Shown here: in pieces, positions 54,817-64,000 of the stretch | Numbering within the stretch: position 1 is the stretch's first letter | Layout of the letters: each line of letters starts with the position of its first letter | From: an uncultured Pelagibacteraceae bacterium | GTDB lineage: Bacteria; Pseudomonadota; Alphaproteobacteria; Pelagibacterales; Pelagibacteraceae | Assembly (NCBI GenBank): GCA_902539445.1 | Contig: CACBIY010000002.1 | Location: forward strand, 104,005 to 168,004 | Direction of reading: 5' to 3' | Length of the DNA stretch: 64,000 nucleotides | Notes under the pieces: model-generated | Database searches by the model: none | The model's input: only the letters and a program-made list of their open reading frames with translations | Told to the model about the DNA's origin: nothing | Translations under genes and position numbers: made by a program

Positions 54817-55386
54817 TTAAGCTTCTAGCTCAACATCCCAATATAAATAGTCCATCCAACTTTTATGTAAATAATTAGGAGGAAAATTCTTTCCATTTCT
54901 ATGTAAATCTTCAGTTGATGGTTGATAAGGATATTGATTAAGTTTCATTCCTGAAGATTTTAATAATTTTCCACCTTTTTTAACATTACATGCTGAACAT
55001 GCTGTTACAACATTATCCCAGTGTGTTTCTCCACCTTTTGATCTTGGTAACAAATGATCAAAAGTTAATTCCTCTCCACTTCCACAATATTGACAAGAAA
55101 ATTTATCCCTTAAAAAAACATTAAATCTTGTAAAACTTGGTTTAGATTGTGGAACTATGTAATCTTTAAGAGCAATAACGCTCGGAAGCTGCATTTTGAA
55201 TGATGGACTTCGTACAATTCTATCATAACTACTTACTATAATTACTCTATCTAAAAAAACTGACTTTACTGTATCTTGCCAAGACCATAATGATAAAGGA
55301 TAATAGCTTAAAGGTCTATAATCAGCATTTAAAACTAATGCAGGACATTTTTCTAATGATACATTTTGTTCAATAAAGTTGTTCAT
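54817..55386 (-). CDS. HNH endonuclease
   Basis: RDKFSCQYCG, TFDHLLPRSKGG and NVVTACSACN motifs. Confidence 0.9.
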   Translation of the reverse strand: MNNFIEQNVSLEKCPALVLNADYRPLSYYPLSLWSWQDTVKSVFLDRVIIVSSYDRIVRSPSFKMQLPSVIALKDYIVPQSKPSFTRFNVFLRDKFSCQYCGSGEELTFDHLLPRSKGGETHWDNVVTACSACNVKKGGKLLKSSGMKLNQYPYQPSTEDLHRNGKNFPPNYLHKSWMDYLYWDVELEA

Positions 55387-55423
55387 AAATTAATTTTAAC
55401 TTAAATAAAAAATGATTTCAATA

Positions 55424-56086
55424 TTAAGAACTCATTTTATTTTTTTTTAAAATATAATTTAATGCTATACTGGAAGCTTCGATAGGAATATGATGATCGC
55501 AATTCTTAATTAAATGGGTCTCTATTTCAATATTAGATCTGATAAAAAAATCTTTTGCCTCTAACATATAATTGGGTGAGACAACTTGATCAGAGTCACC
55601 ATGAATTAAAAGAATATTTGTTGATGTTCTCTTTCTTTGTTTGAGATCCTCCTGATTAATAATCTTACCAGAGAAACCTACAACACAACTAAATTTATTT
55701 TTAGATGTAAGCCCTAAATTAATTGACATCATACATCCTTGACTAAAACCAGACAAACAAATTTTATCGTTTTCAAGATTATATTTAATTTTTACCTCAT
55801 CTATGAATTGATTGAGTTTTTTTTCAGCCTTGATTGTCTCATTTAAAATGTATTTTGGATCATCTTTTGTAAGATCAAACCATTGATACCCAGATGGATT
55901 TATTGGACAAGGTTCATGACCATTCGGGCAAAGAAAAATTGTATTTGTAAGGTGTCTTTTCCAATTTAATGAAAGCATACTTATATCTTTACCATCACCT
56001 CCGTACCCATGTAGTAAAATGACTGCGTTTTCAATTTTCACATCTTTTTCTGGTTTTATAATGGTTGTATCAAGGCAAAATGTCAT
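55424..56086 (-). CDS. Phospholipase/carboxylesterase
   Basis: LHGYGG, GFSQG, HGDSD and catalytic His motifs. Confidence 0.9.
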   Translation of the reverse strand: MTFCLDTTIIKPEKDVKIENAVILLHGYGGDGKDISMLSLNWKRHLTNTIFLCPNGHEPCPINPSGYQWFDLTKDDPKYILNETIKAEKKLNQFIDEVKIKYNLENDKICLSGFSQGCMMSINLGLTSKNKFSCVVGFSGKIINQEDLKQRKRTSTNILLIHGDSDQVVSPNYMLEAKDFFIRSNIEIETHLIKNCDHHIPIEASSIALNYILKKNKMSS

Positions 56087-56135
56087 AGTAATTGATTTAT
56101 GTTTTTTTATCTATAAAACAGCCTACTATAATTTT

Positions 56136-56339
56136 ATGATTTCTGGAATATTAGTAAAAATTTTATCTATAATCTTGCTTGTGGCTGTTGGTTTAGTTCT
56201 AATTCTTGGTATTGGAACTTTATTTAAAGGTGGAGAAACAAGTAAGAAATACTCTAATAAATTAATGCAGTTAAGAGTCTTGCTACAATTTATAGCAATT
56301 ATAGCCTTAGTTGCTTTTGCATATTTTTTTAAAAATTAA
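56136..56339 (+). CDS. HIG1-like twin-TM small protein (start taken at MISGIL)
   Basis: SNKLMQLRVLLQF motif flanked by two TM helices. Confidence 0.8.
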   Translation: MISGILVKILSIILLVAVGLVLILGIGTLFKGGETSKKYSNKLMQLRVLLQFIAIIALVAFAYFFKN

Positions 56340-56845
56340 TTAAAATTACTTAACCACTTAATAAATTTTTCATCAACAAAGTCGATTGATCCAATTATTC
56401 TTGCAAACTCAAGTCCATCTTTGTTAAAAAGTATAGTTGTAGGAAGACCTCTTAGTTTAAATTTCTTTGCCAATGTATTGGGCGAGTCAAAATATATTTC
56501 TAAATTTTTTATCTTCAAATCTTTAAAGAAAGTTAAAGATTTTTGACTAGTATCCTTGCCAATATTTATAGGAAATATCTTTAGATTATCTAAATTTGGA
56601 TTTTCAGCTAACAAATCTAAAGATGGCATTTCATCTTTACATGGAGCACACCAAGTTGCCCAAAAATTCAATAAAACTAGATTTCCTTTATAATCATTTA
56701 AGTATAATTCTTTATTTTTAATGTTTAAAAACGTTATATCACTGTAATTTTTTAACTCTTTATTAATGACTAAATTTTTTATATCGGATGCGTCACTAGC
56801 AAAAGAATTTGATAGCATTAAAACAAATATTATTAATAATCTCAT
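56336..56845 (-). CDS. TlpA/ResA-like thiol-disulfide oxidoreductase
   Basis: NFWATWCAPC and GLPTT motifs. Confidence 0.9.
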   Translation of the reverse strand: MRLLIIFVLMLSNSFASDASDIKNLVINKELKNYSDITFLNIKNKELYLNDYKGNLVLLNFWATWCAPCKDEMPSLDLLAENPNLDNLKIFPINIGKDTSQKSLTFFKDLKIKNLEIYFDSPNTLAKKFKLRGLPTTILFNKDGLEFARIIGSIDFVDEKFIKWLSNFN

Positions 56846-56869
56846 GTTAAATAGGTATAATTAATTATC

Positions 56870-58261
56870 ATGGTAAAAAATAAAAACAACCAGACAATAT
56901 GGAATACAAGAATTAAAAATAATTCTTCTAATCTCTCACAAAAAATAGGTAGCTCTATTGATGTAGATAAAAGACTGTATAAAGAAGATATAAATAGTTC
57001 TATTGCTCATGTAGAAATGTTATTTAAACAAAAAATAATTTCTTTTAGAACAAAAAATAAAATTATTTATGGACTAAATAAAATTGAAAAAGAAATATCC
57101 AATAAAAAATTTGAATTTAATAAAAAATACGAGGACATTCATATTAATATTGAAAAACGACTGTTTCAAATAATTGGTGAAGAAGCAGGTTATGTTCACA
57201 CAGCAAGATCTAGAAATGACCAAGTAATAACCGACTTTAAGATCTGGATTAAATCTGCAAATCAAAAAATTAGTGTGATGTTAAATAACGTAATTAAAAA
57301 TTCAATTAATTTAGCTCAAAAAAATGTAGATACTATTATGCCAGGTTTTACTCATTTAAAAAATGCACAAGCAGTTTCATTTGCACACTATCTAATGGCA
57401 TACGTAGAGATGTTTAAAAGAGACAAAGACAGATTTAAGAATAATTTAAACAGTCTAAATGAAAACCCATTAGGTGTTGCTGCATTAACTGGCACTTCAT
57501 TTAACATTGACAGGAACTATACGACAAAAAAACTTGGTTTTGAAAAGCCTACAAATAATTCAATCGACACTGTAGCGGATAGAGATTTCGTTTTAGATTT
57601 TCTTTATAGTGTTTCTGTTTGTTCGTTGCATTTATCAAGAATTTCTGAAGAATTAATTATCTGGAATTCTGATGGTTTTAATCTAATTAACCTCTCAGAT
57701 AAAATAGTAACTGGTTCATCCATAATGCCACAAAAAAAAAATCCTGATCTTTTAGAGTACTTAAGAGGTAAATCTGGAATTACTTTTGGTAATTTATTTT
57801 CAATGTTTACTATATTAAAAGGATTGCCTCTTTCATACTTTAAAGATCTTCAAGATGATAAAGAAATTATTTTTAAATCATATGATGTTCTTTTTCAAAG
57901 TTTAAAAGTATTTAATGAAATTCTTAAGAATGTAAGTCCTAATAAAAAAAGAATGCTTGAATTGGCATACTCAGGTTACATTACTGCAACAGATTTAGCA
58001 GATTACCTTGTTAAGAATAATTCAATGTCTTTTAGAAAAGCTTATCAAAAAACAGCTTTGCTAGTGAATTTAGCTGAAAAGAAAAAGAAAAAACTAAACG
58101 AATTATCATTGGAAGACTTAAAAAAGATAGAACCTACATTAACAAATGACGTGCTAAAAGTGTTTGATTTAAAGAATTCTGTCAATTCCAAAAAATCTTA
58201 TGGTGGAACATCTTTTGATAATATCAAAAAGATGATAAGGAAATATAAAAAATTAAGATGA
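56870..58261 (+). CDS. argH: Argininosuccinate lyase
   Basis: EDIHINIE, HTARSRNDQV, PGFTHL and GSSIMPQKKNPD motifs. Confidence 0.96.
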   Translation: MVKNKNNQTIWNTRIKNNSSNLSQKIGSSIDVDKRLYKEDINSSIAHVEMLFKQKIISFRTKNKIIYGLNKIEKEISNKKFEFNKKYEDIHINIEKRLFQIIGEEAGYVHTARSRNDQVITDFKIWIKSANQKISVMLNNVIKNSINLAQKNVDTIMPGFTHLKNAQAVSFAHYLMAYVEMFKRDKDRFKNNLNSLNENPLGVAALTGTSFNIDRNYTTKKLGFEKPTNNSIDTVADRDFVLDFLYSVSVCSLHLSRISEELIIWNSDGFNLINLSDKIVTGSSIMPQKKNPDLLEYLRGKSGITFGNLFSMFTILKGLPLSYFKDLQDDKEIIFKSYDVLFQSLKVFNEILKNVSPNKKRMLELAYSGYITATDLADYLVKNNSMSFRKAYQKTALLVNLAEKKKKKLNELSLEDLKKIEPTLTNDVLKVFDLKNSVNSKKSYGGTSFDNIKKMIRKYKKLR

Positions 58262-58392
58262 TTAAAAAAATTACATTTGTTATTTTAGTTTGTTGTTCTT
58301 TAGTTTCTTGTGGAAAGAAAGGTGATCCCGAATATAAAGCCTTAAATCAAGAAATTAAAATACCAACAATTATAATTAACAAAACTTCATGA
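58258..58392 (+). CDS. Small lipoprotein, LptM/YifL-like, 44 aa (not in ORF track)
   Basis: MIKKITFVILVCCSLVSCGKKGDPEY..., lipobox plus CGxKG; ATGA overlaps with both argH and lysA. Confidence 0.75.
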   Translation: MIKKITFVILVCCSLVSCGKKGDPEYKALNQEIKIPTIIINKTS

Positions 58393-59603
58393 AATACATT
58401 AACAAAAGACTAACATTGGAAAAAGTCAACTTCCAGAAGATAGCTAAAAAATTTGGAACACCTTTTTATTGTTATTCATATTCAAAATTAAAAGAAAATG
58501 TAAATAGATTTAAAGAAAATTTTAAATCTTTTTCACCTTTAATTTGTTTTGCAGTTAAATCGAATACTAATGTTAATTTAATTAGAGAAATTAAAAAATT
58601 TGGTTTAGGGGCTGATGTAGTTTCTTTAGGTGAGCTCATGATAGCCATAAAAGCAGGAATAAAACCAAATAAAATAGTATTTTCTGGAGTTGGAAAAACT
58701 TCTAGTGAATTGAGTTTTGCAATAAATAAAAAAATACTGCTCATTAATGCTGAGTCATTAAGTGAAATAATGGAAATAAATAGACTTGCAAAATTAAGGA
58801 ACAAAAAAGTGAGGGTTGGAGTTAGACTTAATCCTAATACAGATGCAAAAACACTAAATCAAATTTCTACAGGAAAAAAAGAGAATAAATTTGGAGTAAA
58901 TAAAGATGCATTTCATAAAATTGTGGATTTTTGTAAAAATTCAAAAAATATAGACCTAAAATGTTTGAGTGTTCACATAGGTAGTCAAATTTTAGATCAT
59001 AAACCCTATGGAAAAATGCTTGAAGCTGTTAGCCGTATCTTAGATAAGACTAATCATCAATTTGAATTTATTGATTTAGGTGGAGGTATGGGAATTAATT
59101 ATTCTAATAAAGACAAAACACTTAATTATAAAAAGTATAACACTGCAATAAATAATTTTCTCAAAAAACATGACGTAAAAATTATTTTTGAACCTGGAAG
59201 ATCTATAATTGGCAATACTGGTATGTTAATTAGTAGAGTTGTTTATATTAAAGACAGTGGTAGGAAAAAATTTATAATTTTAGATGCTGCTATGAATGAT
59301 CTTATGAGACCCGCATTATATGGGGCATTTCATAGGACATTGCCAGTAATAAAATCGAATAAAATATCAAATAAACCTTATGAATTCGTTGGTCCAATTT
59401 GCGAAAGTACTGATAAATTTATAACATTAAAAAAATTTCAAAAATTAGAGGAAAAAGATTTAATAGCTATATGCGATGTTGGCGCATACGGTATGTCTTT
59501 GAGCTCAAATTATAATTTAAGACCTAAACCAATAGAATTATTAATTAAAGGTTCAAAAATTAATGTAATTAGAAAAAGACAAAAGCACGCAGAAATAATC
59601 TAG
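58389..59603 (+). CDS. lysA: Diaminopimelate decarboxylase
   Basis: FAVKSN, NKFG, HIGSQ, DLGGG, EPGR and GPICESTD motifs. Confidence 0.96.
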   Translation: MKYINKRLTLEKVNFQKIAKKFGTPFYCYSYSKLKENVNRFKENFKSFSPLICFAVKSNTNVNLIREIKKFGLGADVVSLGELMIAIKAGIKPNKIVFSGVGKTSSELSFAINKKILLINAESLSEIMEINRLAKLRNKKVRVGVRLNPNTDAKTLNQISTGKKENKFGVNKDAFHKIVDFCKNSKNIDLKCLSVHIGSQILDHKPYGKMLEAVSRILDKTNHQFEFIDLGGGMGINYSNKDKTLNYKKYNTAINNFLKKHDVKIIFEPGRSIIGNTGMLISRVVYIKDSGRKKFIILDAAMNDLMRPALYGAFHRTLPVIKSNKISNKPYEFVGPICESTDKFITLKKFQKLEEKDLIAICDVGAYGMSLSSNYNLRPKPIELLIKGSKINVIRKRQKHAEII

Positions 59604-59614
59604 CTTTTAACACA

Positions 59615-60316
59615 ATGTTAAGAAACTTCATATTTTCATTATTTTTTTTTACTGGAATTATTATTATTTCAATAATTTTTTTGCCCTCGTTTTTCTTACC
59701 TAAACAAGTAGTGTTGTTTGGTGGTAAGCTAATGGGTCACTGGACGAGTTTTTGCTTAAAATTTTTTCTTTCAACAAAAATAATAATTAAAGGGACTGAA
59801 AATATTATTAGAGATGAAAAATTTTTTATAGCAGCATCACATCAATCAATGTTTGAAACTTTCTTTCTTCAAACTTTATTTAACTCACCTGTATTTATTC
59901 TAAAGAAAGAGTTATTATTGATACCTATATTCGGATGGTATTTAAAAAAAATTGGATCTATATCTGTTAAAAGAGGTCAAATTACAAAAGATAATCTCAG
60001 TTTTTATGATGAAATTTCAAGTGTAGTTACTAATTCAGATAGACCTTTGATAATTTTTCCTCAAGGAACTAGAGTTTTACCTAATGAAAGACCTCCTTTT
60101 AAAAAAGGAGCCTCTAGAATTTATGAGAAACTTAAAATTGCTTGTCAACCAGTTGCTATTAATTCTGGATATGTTTGGCCTAAATCAGGAAGAAAAATTA
60201 GCAATAGAACTATTACTATATCTATAATGCAAAAAATAAATAATGATTTGGATAAAGAAGTATTTCTTAAAACTCTAGAGAATACAATTTATTCAGAATT
60301 AAATCTTATAGATTAG
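59615..60316 (+). CDS. plsC: 1-acyl-sn-glycerol-3-phosphate acyltransferase family
   Basis: SHQSMFE (HX4 acidic), KKEL and FPQGTR motifs. Confidence 0.82.
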   Translation: MLRNFIFSLFFFTGIIIISIIFLPSFFLPKQVVLFGGKLMGHWTSFCLKFFLSTKIIIKGTENIIRDEKFFIAASHQSMFETFFLQTLFNSPVFILKKELLLIPIFGWYLKKIGSISVKRGQITKDNLSFYDEISSVVTNSDRPLIIFPQGTRVLPNERPPFKKGASRIYEKLKIACQPVAINSGYVWPKSGRKISNRTITISIMQKINNDLDKEVFLKTLENTIYSELNLID

Positions 60317-61425
60317 CCTTTCATGGGCATCACCACATAGATACTATCAAAATCACCTGGATCTTTTATTAAAGCTGGAGATCCTGTATCGTTTAAAAAT
60401 AATTCTATTTTTTCCCCGTCAAGCTGTGAAGCAATATCTATTAAATATCTAGAATTGAAACTGATTTCTAAGTCATGGTCAAATTGAACACCCAAAGTTT
60501 CATTACCATCACCACTAGTAGTATTATTAACAGAAAGATTTAAGGTATCCTTAGAAAGGTTAAACTTAACTCCATCTTTTTTATCTAGTGATACAGATGC
60601 GACCCTATCAATAGATCCTAAAAATGATTTGAGATTTGTCTCTAATTTTTTTTGATTATTTTTAGGGATTACTTGTACATAATTTGGAAATTTTCCATCA
60701 ATTAATTTAGAAATTAAAATACTATTAGTTAATTCAAACTTTATTTTTGATTTTAAGTTAGATATTTTAAGATCACCATCATAATTATCTAGTAAAGAGC
60801 AAAGTTGGAAAATAGTTTTTTTTGGAAGAATAATTGGGTCGAAATTTATTTTTTCACTTAATCTTATTTTGGAAATTGACATCCTATGACTATCAGTTGC
60901 GACGGCAGTTAAATAGATTTTATCCTCAACTTCAGTTTGATGAAAATATATACCACTTAAGTAATGACGTGTTTCATCATTGGATATTGAAAACTTACAC
61001 TTATTAAGTAACTTTAAAAAATGTTTTGAATTAATTGCAAAAGTATTATCATTAAAATTTTCGTCAGTAAGTGGAAACTCTGAGGAATTTATACAGTTTA
61101 GATTAAATATTGATTTTTCAGACTCTAGTTGAAGTTTGTTTTCGCTACTCATTGATAGGTTTAATTTTTTGTCTGAAGAAAATTTTCTAACAATATCAAA
61201 CATAATTGAAGAAGTTGTAGTTGTATTTCCCTCCTCTAGAATTTCAACATTTTCAATTTGATGAATAAAAATCAAATCAAGATCTGTGGCTGTGATTGTT
61301 AATTTTGAGTTACTTGCATTTAGTAAAACATTAGAAAGTATCTGTAGCGTGCTCCTTTTTTCTATAACACCTTGACAATAACTTAAGGCTTCTTGAAGCT
61401 CTTTTTGATTAACGTTAAATTTCAT
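60313..61425 (-). CDS. dnaN: DNA polymerase III beta clamp
   Basis: ATDLD, ETRHYLSG, ATDSHR, SKLIDGKFPNY and VVMPMK motifs. Confidence 0.97.
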   Translation of the reverse strand: MKFNVNQKELQEALSYCQGVIEKRSTLQILSNVLLNASNSKLTITATDLDLIFIHQIENVEILEEGNTTTTSSIMFDIVRKFSSDKKLNLSMSSENKLQLESEKSIFNLNCINSSEFPLTDENFNDNTFAINSKHFLKLLNKCKFSISNDETRHYLSGIYFHQTEVEDKIYLTAVATDSHRMSISKIRLSEKINFDPIILPKKTIFQLCSLLDNYDGDLKISNLKSKIKFELTNSILISKLIDGKFPNYVQVIPKNNQKKLETNLKSFLGSIDRVASVSLDKKDGVKFNLSKDTLNLSVNNTTSGDGNETLGVQFDHDLEISFNSRYLIDIASQLDGEKIELFLNDTGSPALIKDPGDFDSIYVVMPMKG

Positions 61426-62822
61426 CCTTCTTTATTGTATAAAATAATATTTTTTAATTTCTTTATATTATCATTCATGTCTGGATTTTTTTCTTTTAAT
61501 TTTTCTATTGTTTTCACAGAATGAATTATGGTCGTATGATCTCGATTTGAAAATTCTCGTCCGATTTCTGGTAATGATTTTGTGGTTAAAATTTTAGTTA
61601 GGTAAATAGCCGTCTGTCTTGGTCTAACTAAATATCTCGATCTTCTTGAGGATAACATCTCATTTTTACTAATTTTGAAAAATTTGCAGACAATTGTTTG
61701 TATTGAGTCTATTGTTACGTTATTTTCTGTTAAATTTAATAAATCTTTCAAAATAATTTTTGTCTCAGATAGACTCGGTAGTTTGTTATAAATCCTGGAA
61801 AATGAAACTATACGATTTATTGCTCCAACTAATTCCCTTACATTAGTGGTGATCTTATTACTTATAAAATCTTGAATTTCATCTGTAACATTTACTTTGT
61901 CAGCGTATAGAGTGGTAAGTTCATTTATTTTGTGATCGATGATCTTTCTTCTTAAATCATACTCAGGTTTTTGAATATCTACAACTAGACCTCCAGAGAA
62001 TCTTGATTTAATTCTTTCTTGAATTCTAGACAACTTATTAGGTGGTCTATCAGCTGAAACAATTATTTGTGACTCTTTATCTAAAAGTGCATTAAAAGTA
62101 TGAAAAAACTCCTCCTGCATAGCTTCTTTACCATTCATGAACTGAATATCGTCAATTAATAAAACATCTGTATTTCTAAAATACTCTTTAAATTTGACCA
62201 TATCGTTAGATTTAATTGATTTTACAAATTGATACATGAAACGTTCAGCTGAAATAAACATCACTTTTTTGTTTTTACTCATTTCGTAGCCTATAGAATT
62301 TAGAAGATGAGTTTTACCTAAACCTACGCCCCCGTATATATAAAGTGGATTATAATAGGAAATATTCTCAGATACCTTTAAAGAAGCCTCAAAAGCTATT
62401 TTATTGCTTGAGCCAGTTAAAAAATTTTCAAATCTTTTATTGGGATCTATTCGACTATATTGTAAATGAGAGTCTTTTATAAATGAGACTTTTTCAGATT
62501 TGTTTATTTGATTAAATTCATTATATTTTTCACTTTTATTATCCTTTTTTTCTATAATCTTAAATTCAATCCTTATAATTTGTTTTTTATGTTTTCTGAT
62601 AGTTTGTAAAATTTGATCTAAATATCTTGATGTAATCCAATCACGGATAAACCTCGTTGGAACAGTTAATAGTATATAATTATTAAACTCCTCACATAAA
62701 TCAATTTTTTTTATCCAACTTTCATAAACTTCTATTCCCAATTTAATTTTTAATTCAGACTGAATTAATTTCCAATCAAGATTAATCTTATCAAAACTTT
62801 TGTTTGTGTGCGTATTGTTCAT
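61422..62822 (-). CDS. dnaA: Chromosomal replication initiator DnaA
   Basis: NPLYIYGGVGLGKTHL, LLIDDIQ, FFHTFN and RDHTTIIH motifs. Confidence 0.97.
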   Translation of the reverse strand: MNNTHTNKSFDKINLDWKLIQSELKIKLGIEVYESWIKKIDLCEEFNNYILLTVPTRFIRDWITSRYLDQILQTIRKHKKQIIRIEFKIIEKKDNKSEKYNEFNQINKSEKVSFIKDSHLQYSRIDPNKRFENFLTGSSNKIAFEASLKVSENISYYNPLYIYGGVGLGKTHLLNSIGYEMSKNKKVMFISAERFMYQFVKSIKSNDMVKFKEYFRNTDVLLIDDIQFMNGKEAMQEEFFHTFNALLDKESQIIVSADRPPNKLSRIQERIKSRFSGGLVVDIQKPEYDLRRKIIDHKINELTTLYADKVNVTDEIQDFISNKITTNVRELVGAINRIVSFSRIYNKLPSLSETKIILKDLLNLTENNVTIDSIQTIVCKFFKISKNEMLSSRRSRYLVRPRQTAIYLTKILTTKSLPEIGREFSNRDHTTIIHSVKTIEKLKEKNPDMNDNIKKLKNIILYNKEG

Positions 62823-63093
62823 TTTTTCGGAGAGACTCCAGTTACATCAATAATGATGGTTATTGCAACAAATTATTTTACTAAACTGAAAATAAATAAA
62901 ATCTGGGATTGTGTAAAAAATTTTTTTAAAAATTTCTTTGACAAATTTTTTTTTTATGTATTAAAAAAATAAATAAAATTTATGATTGAATTAAATATAA
63001 TATTTTTTTACTAATTCTAAATATTGTAATTTAAGATTAACGCATCATATATAAAGCGTATTCTTTAAGTTGAATCAACTTGAGGTATAGAAA

Positions 63094-63354
63094 TTATAAG
63101 GAACTTATTTTTTTTGTAATTCTAGATACGTTCCTAGATGCATTTTGTTTTTTTATAATTCCGGTTTTGGCAATCTTCATTAACTCAGAATTCAACTTGG
63201 GTAAGAACTTTAAAGCTTCTGATTTTTTTTTATTTTCAATCAGAACGTTCATCTTTTTTAATGCAATTTTGTATCTACTTTTTCTCGCTTTATTGACTGC
63301 AGTCTGTTTAGATATTCGTCTAATTCTTTTAATTGCTGATTTTGTATTAGCCAT
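63094..63354 (-). CDS. rpsT: 30S ribosomal protein S20
   Basis: MANTKSAIKRIR...NASRNVSR. Confidence 0.96.
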   Translation of the reverse strand: MANTKSAIKRIRRISKQTAVNKARKSRYKIALKKMNVLIENKKKSEALKFLPKLNSELMKIAKTGIIKKQNASRNVSRITKKISSL

Positions 63355-63405
63355 AATTTTGCAGGGGTATAACCGCTTAAATAGGCCTGGTCAATAATAT
63401 ATTTA

Positions 63406-64000
63406 TTATTTTTGACATATTTCACACAAAAATGTTGATCTATTTGATTGAGTTATTTTATTAATTGTTCCCGAACAATTAAATCTTTTACATTTTTGTT
63501 TATCTCTACCATAAACCTTAAATTCTTTTTGAAAATTACCTTGATCGCCTTTTGTATTTTTAAAGTCCCTTATGGTTGATCCACCTTTTTTTATAGCATT
63601 TTGCAAAATTTTTCTTGAATTTATAACTATATTTTTGCATTGATTTTTTTTTAAATATTTAGCCGAAATTGAGGGATTAATTTTTGATAAATATAAAATT
63701 TCACTCGCATAAATATTTCCGATTCCAGATACAAAATTTTGATCTAATAAAAAATTTTTTATATTCTTATCTTTTTTTTTAAAATAATTGATCAAATACT
63801 TTAAATTAAATTTTTTATTGAAGGGTTCTGGACCATAACTTTTAAACTTTTTTTTTAGACTATTAAAATCACTGAAAAATTGGAAATAGCCAAATCTTCT
63901 AGGGTCATTATAAACTAACTTGATATTCTTAAAGAAAAATTCAACATGATTGTGATTTTTGGGCAAATTTGGTGAATTATAAAAACTAGTGTTAGTGGGA
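63406..64000 (-). CDS. mutM: Formamidopyrimidine-DNA glycosylase (partial, 5' end beyond the window)
   Basis: DPRRFG, LLDQ, GIGNIYASE and C-terminal C4 zinc finger; the frame stays open to the window edge. Confidence 0.93.
   Translation of the reverse strand, partial: PTNTSFYNSPNLPKNHNHVEFFFKNIKLVYNDPRRFGYFQFFSDFNSLKKKFKSYGPEPFNKKFNLKYLINYFKKKDKNIKNFLLDQNFVSGIGNIYASEILYLSKINPSISAKYLKKNQCKNIVINSRKILQNAIKKGGSTIRDFKNTKGDQGNFQKEFKVYGRDKQKCKRFNCSGTINKITQSNRSTFLCEICQK

Noticed and set aside
54817-55386. HNH gene as a mobile element, defence system or Cas9 fragment
   Set aside because: Stand-alone, embedded among housekeeping genes, with no repeats, cas genes, methylase or intron context
62823-63093. 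oriC next to dnaA
   Set aside because: AT-rich, but no convincing TTATCCACA-type DnaA boxes were found by eye, and alphaproteobacterial origins are often not adjacent to dnaA

Overview
This is a very AT-rich, tightly packed alphaproteobacterial chromosome segment. Gene content, gene order and 1-4 nt gene overlaps point to Candidatus Pelagibacter (SAR11), which is an inference. Most of it is core genome: dapD(end)-dapE, def-fmt-truA, aroKB, bolA/J-domain/cobST, regB, gyrB, thrS-infC-rpmI-rplT-pheST-lepA, gltDB, aceEF, a thiolase, a Suv3-like helicase-terB-fdxA-carD cluster, argH-lysA, and rpsT-dnaA-dnaN with a partial mutM. There are three tRNAs (Ser-GGA, Arg-ACG, Leu-CAA) and a ~6 kb surface-glycan cassette between lepA and tRNA-Ser. 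No integrase, transposase, prophage or CRISPR array was seen. The most interesting signal is missing from the ORF track: a 25-aa protamine/H1-like Lys/Arg peptide gene (51092-51169) with its own RBS, a candidate promoter, a twin-GANTC palindrome and a terminator. It lies tail-to-tail with a CarD that carries a 50%-lysine N-terminal tail. The window also holds an adjacent histone-deacetylase-family plus SET-domain gene pair. Together these may form a chromatin-like lysine-modification system, but that is a hypothesis. Other oddities are a lipoyl domain fused to PDH E1, a GN-repeat insertion in GyrB, and a single-base frameshift in dapE. All calls come from motif recognition by eye; no searches were run.
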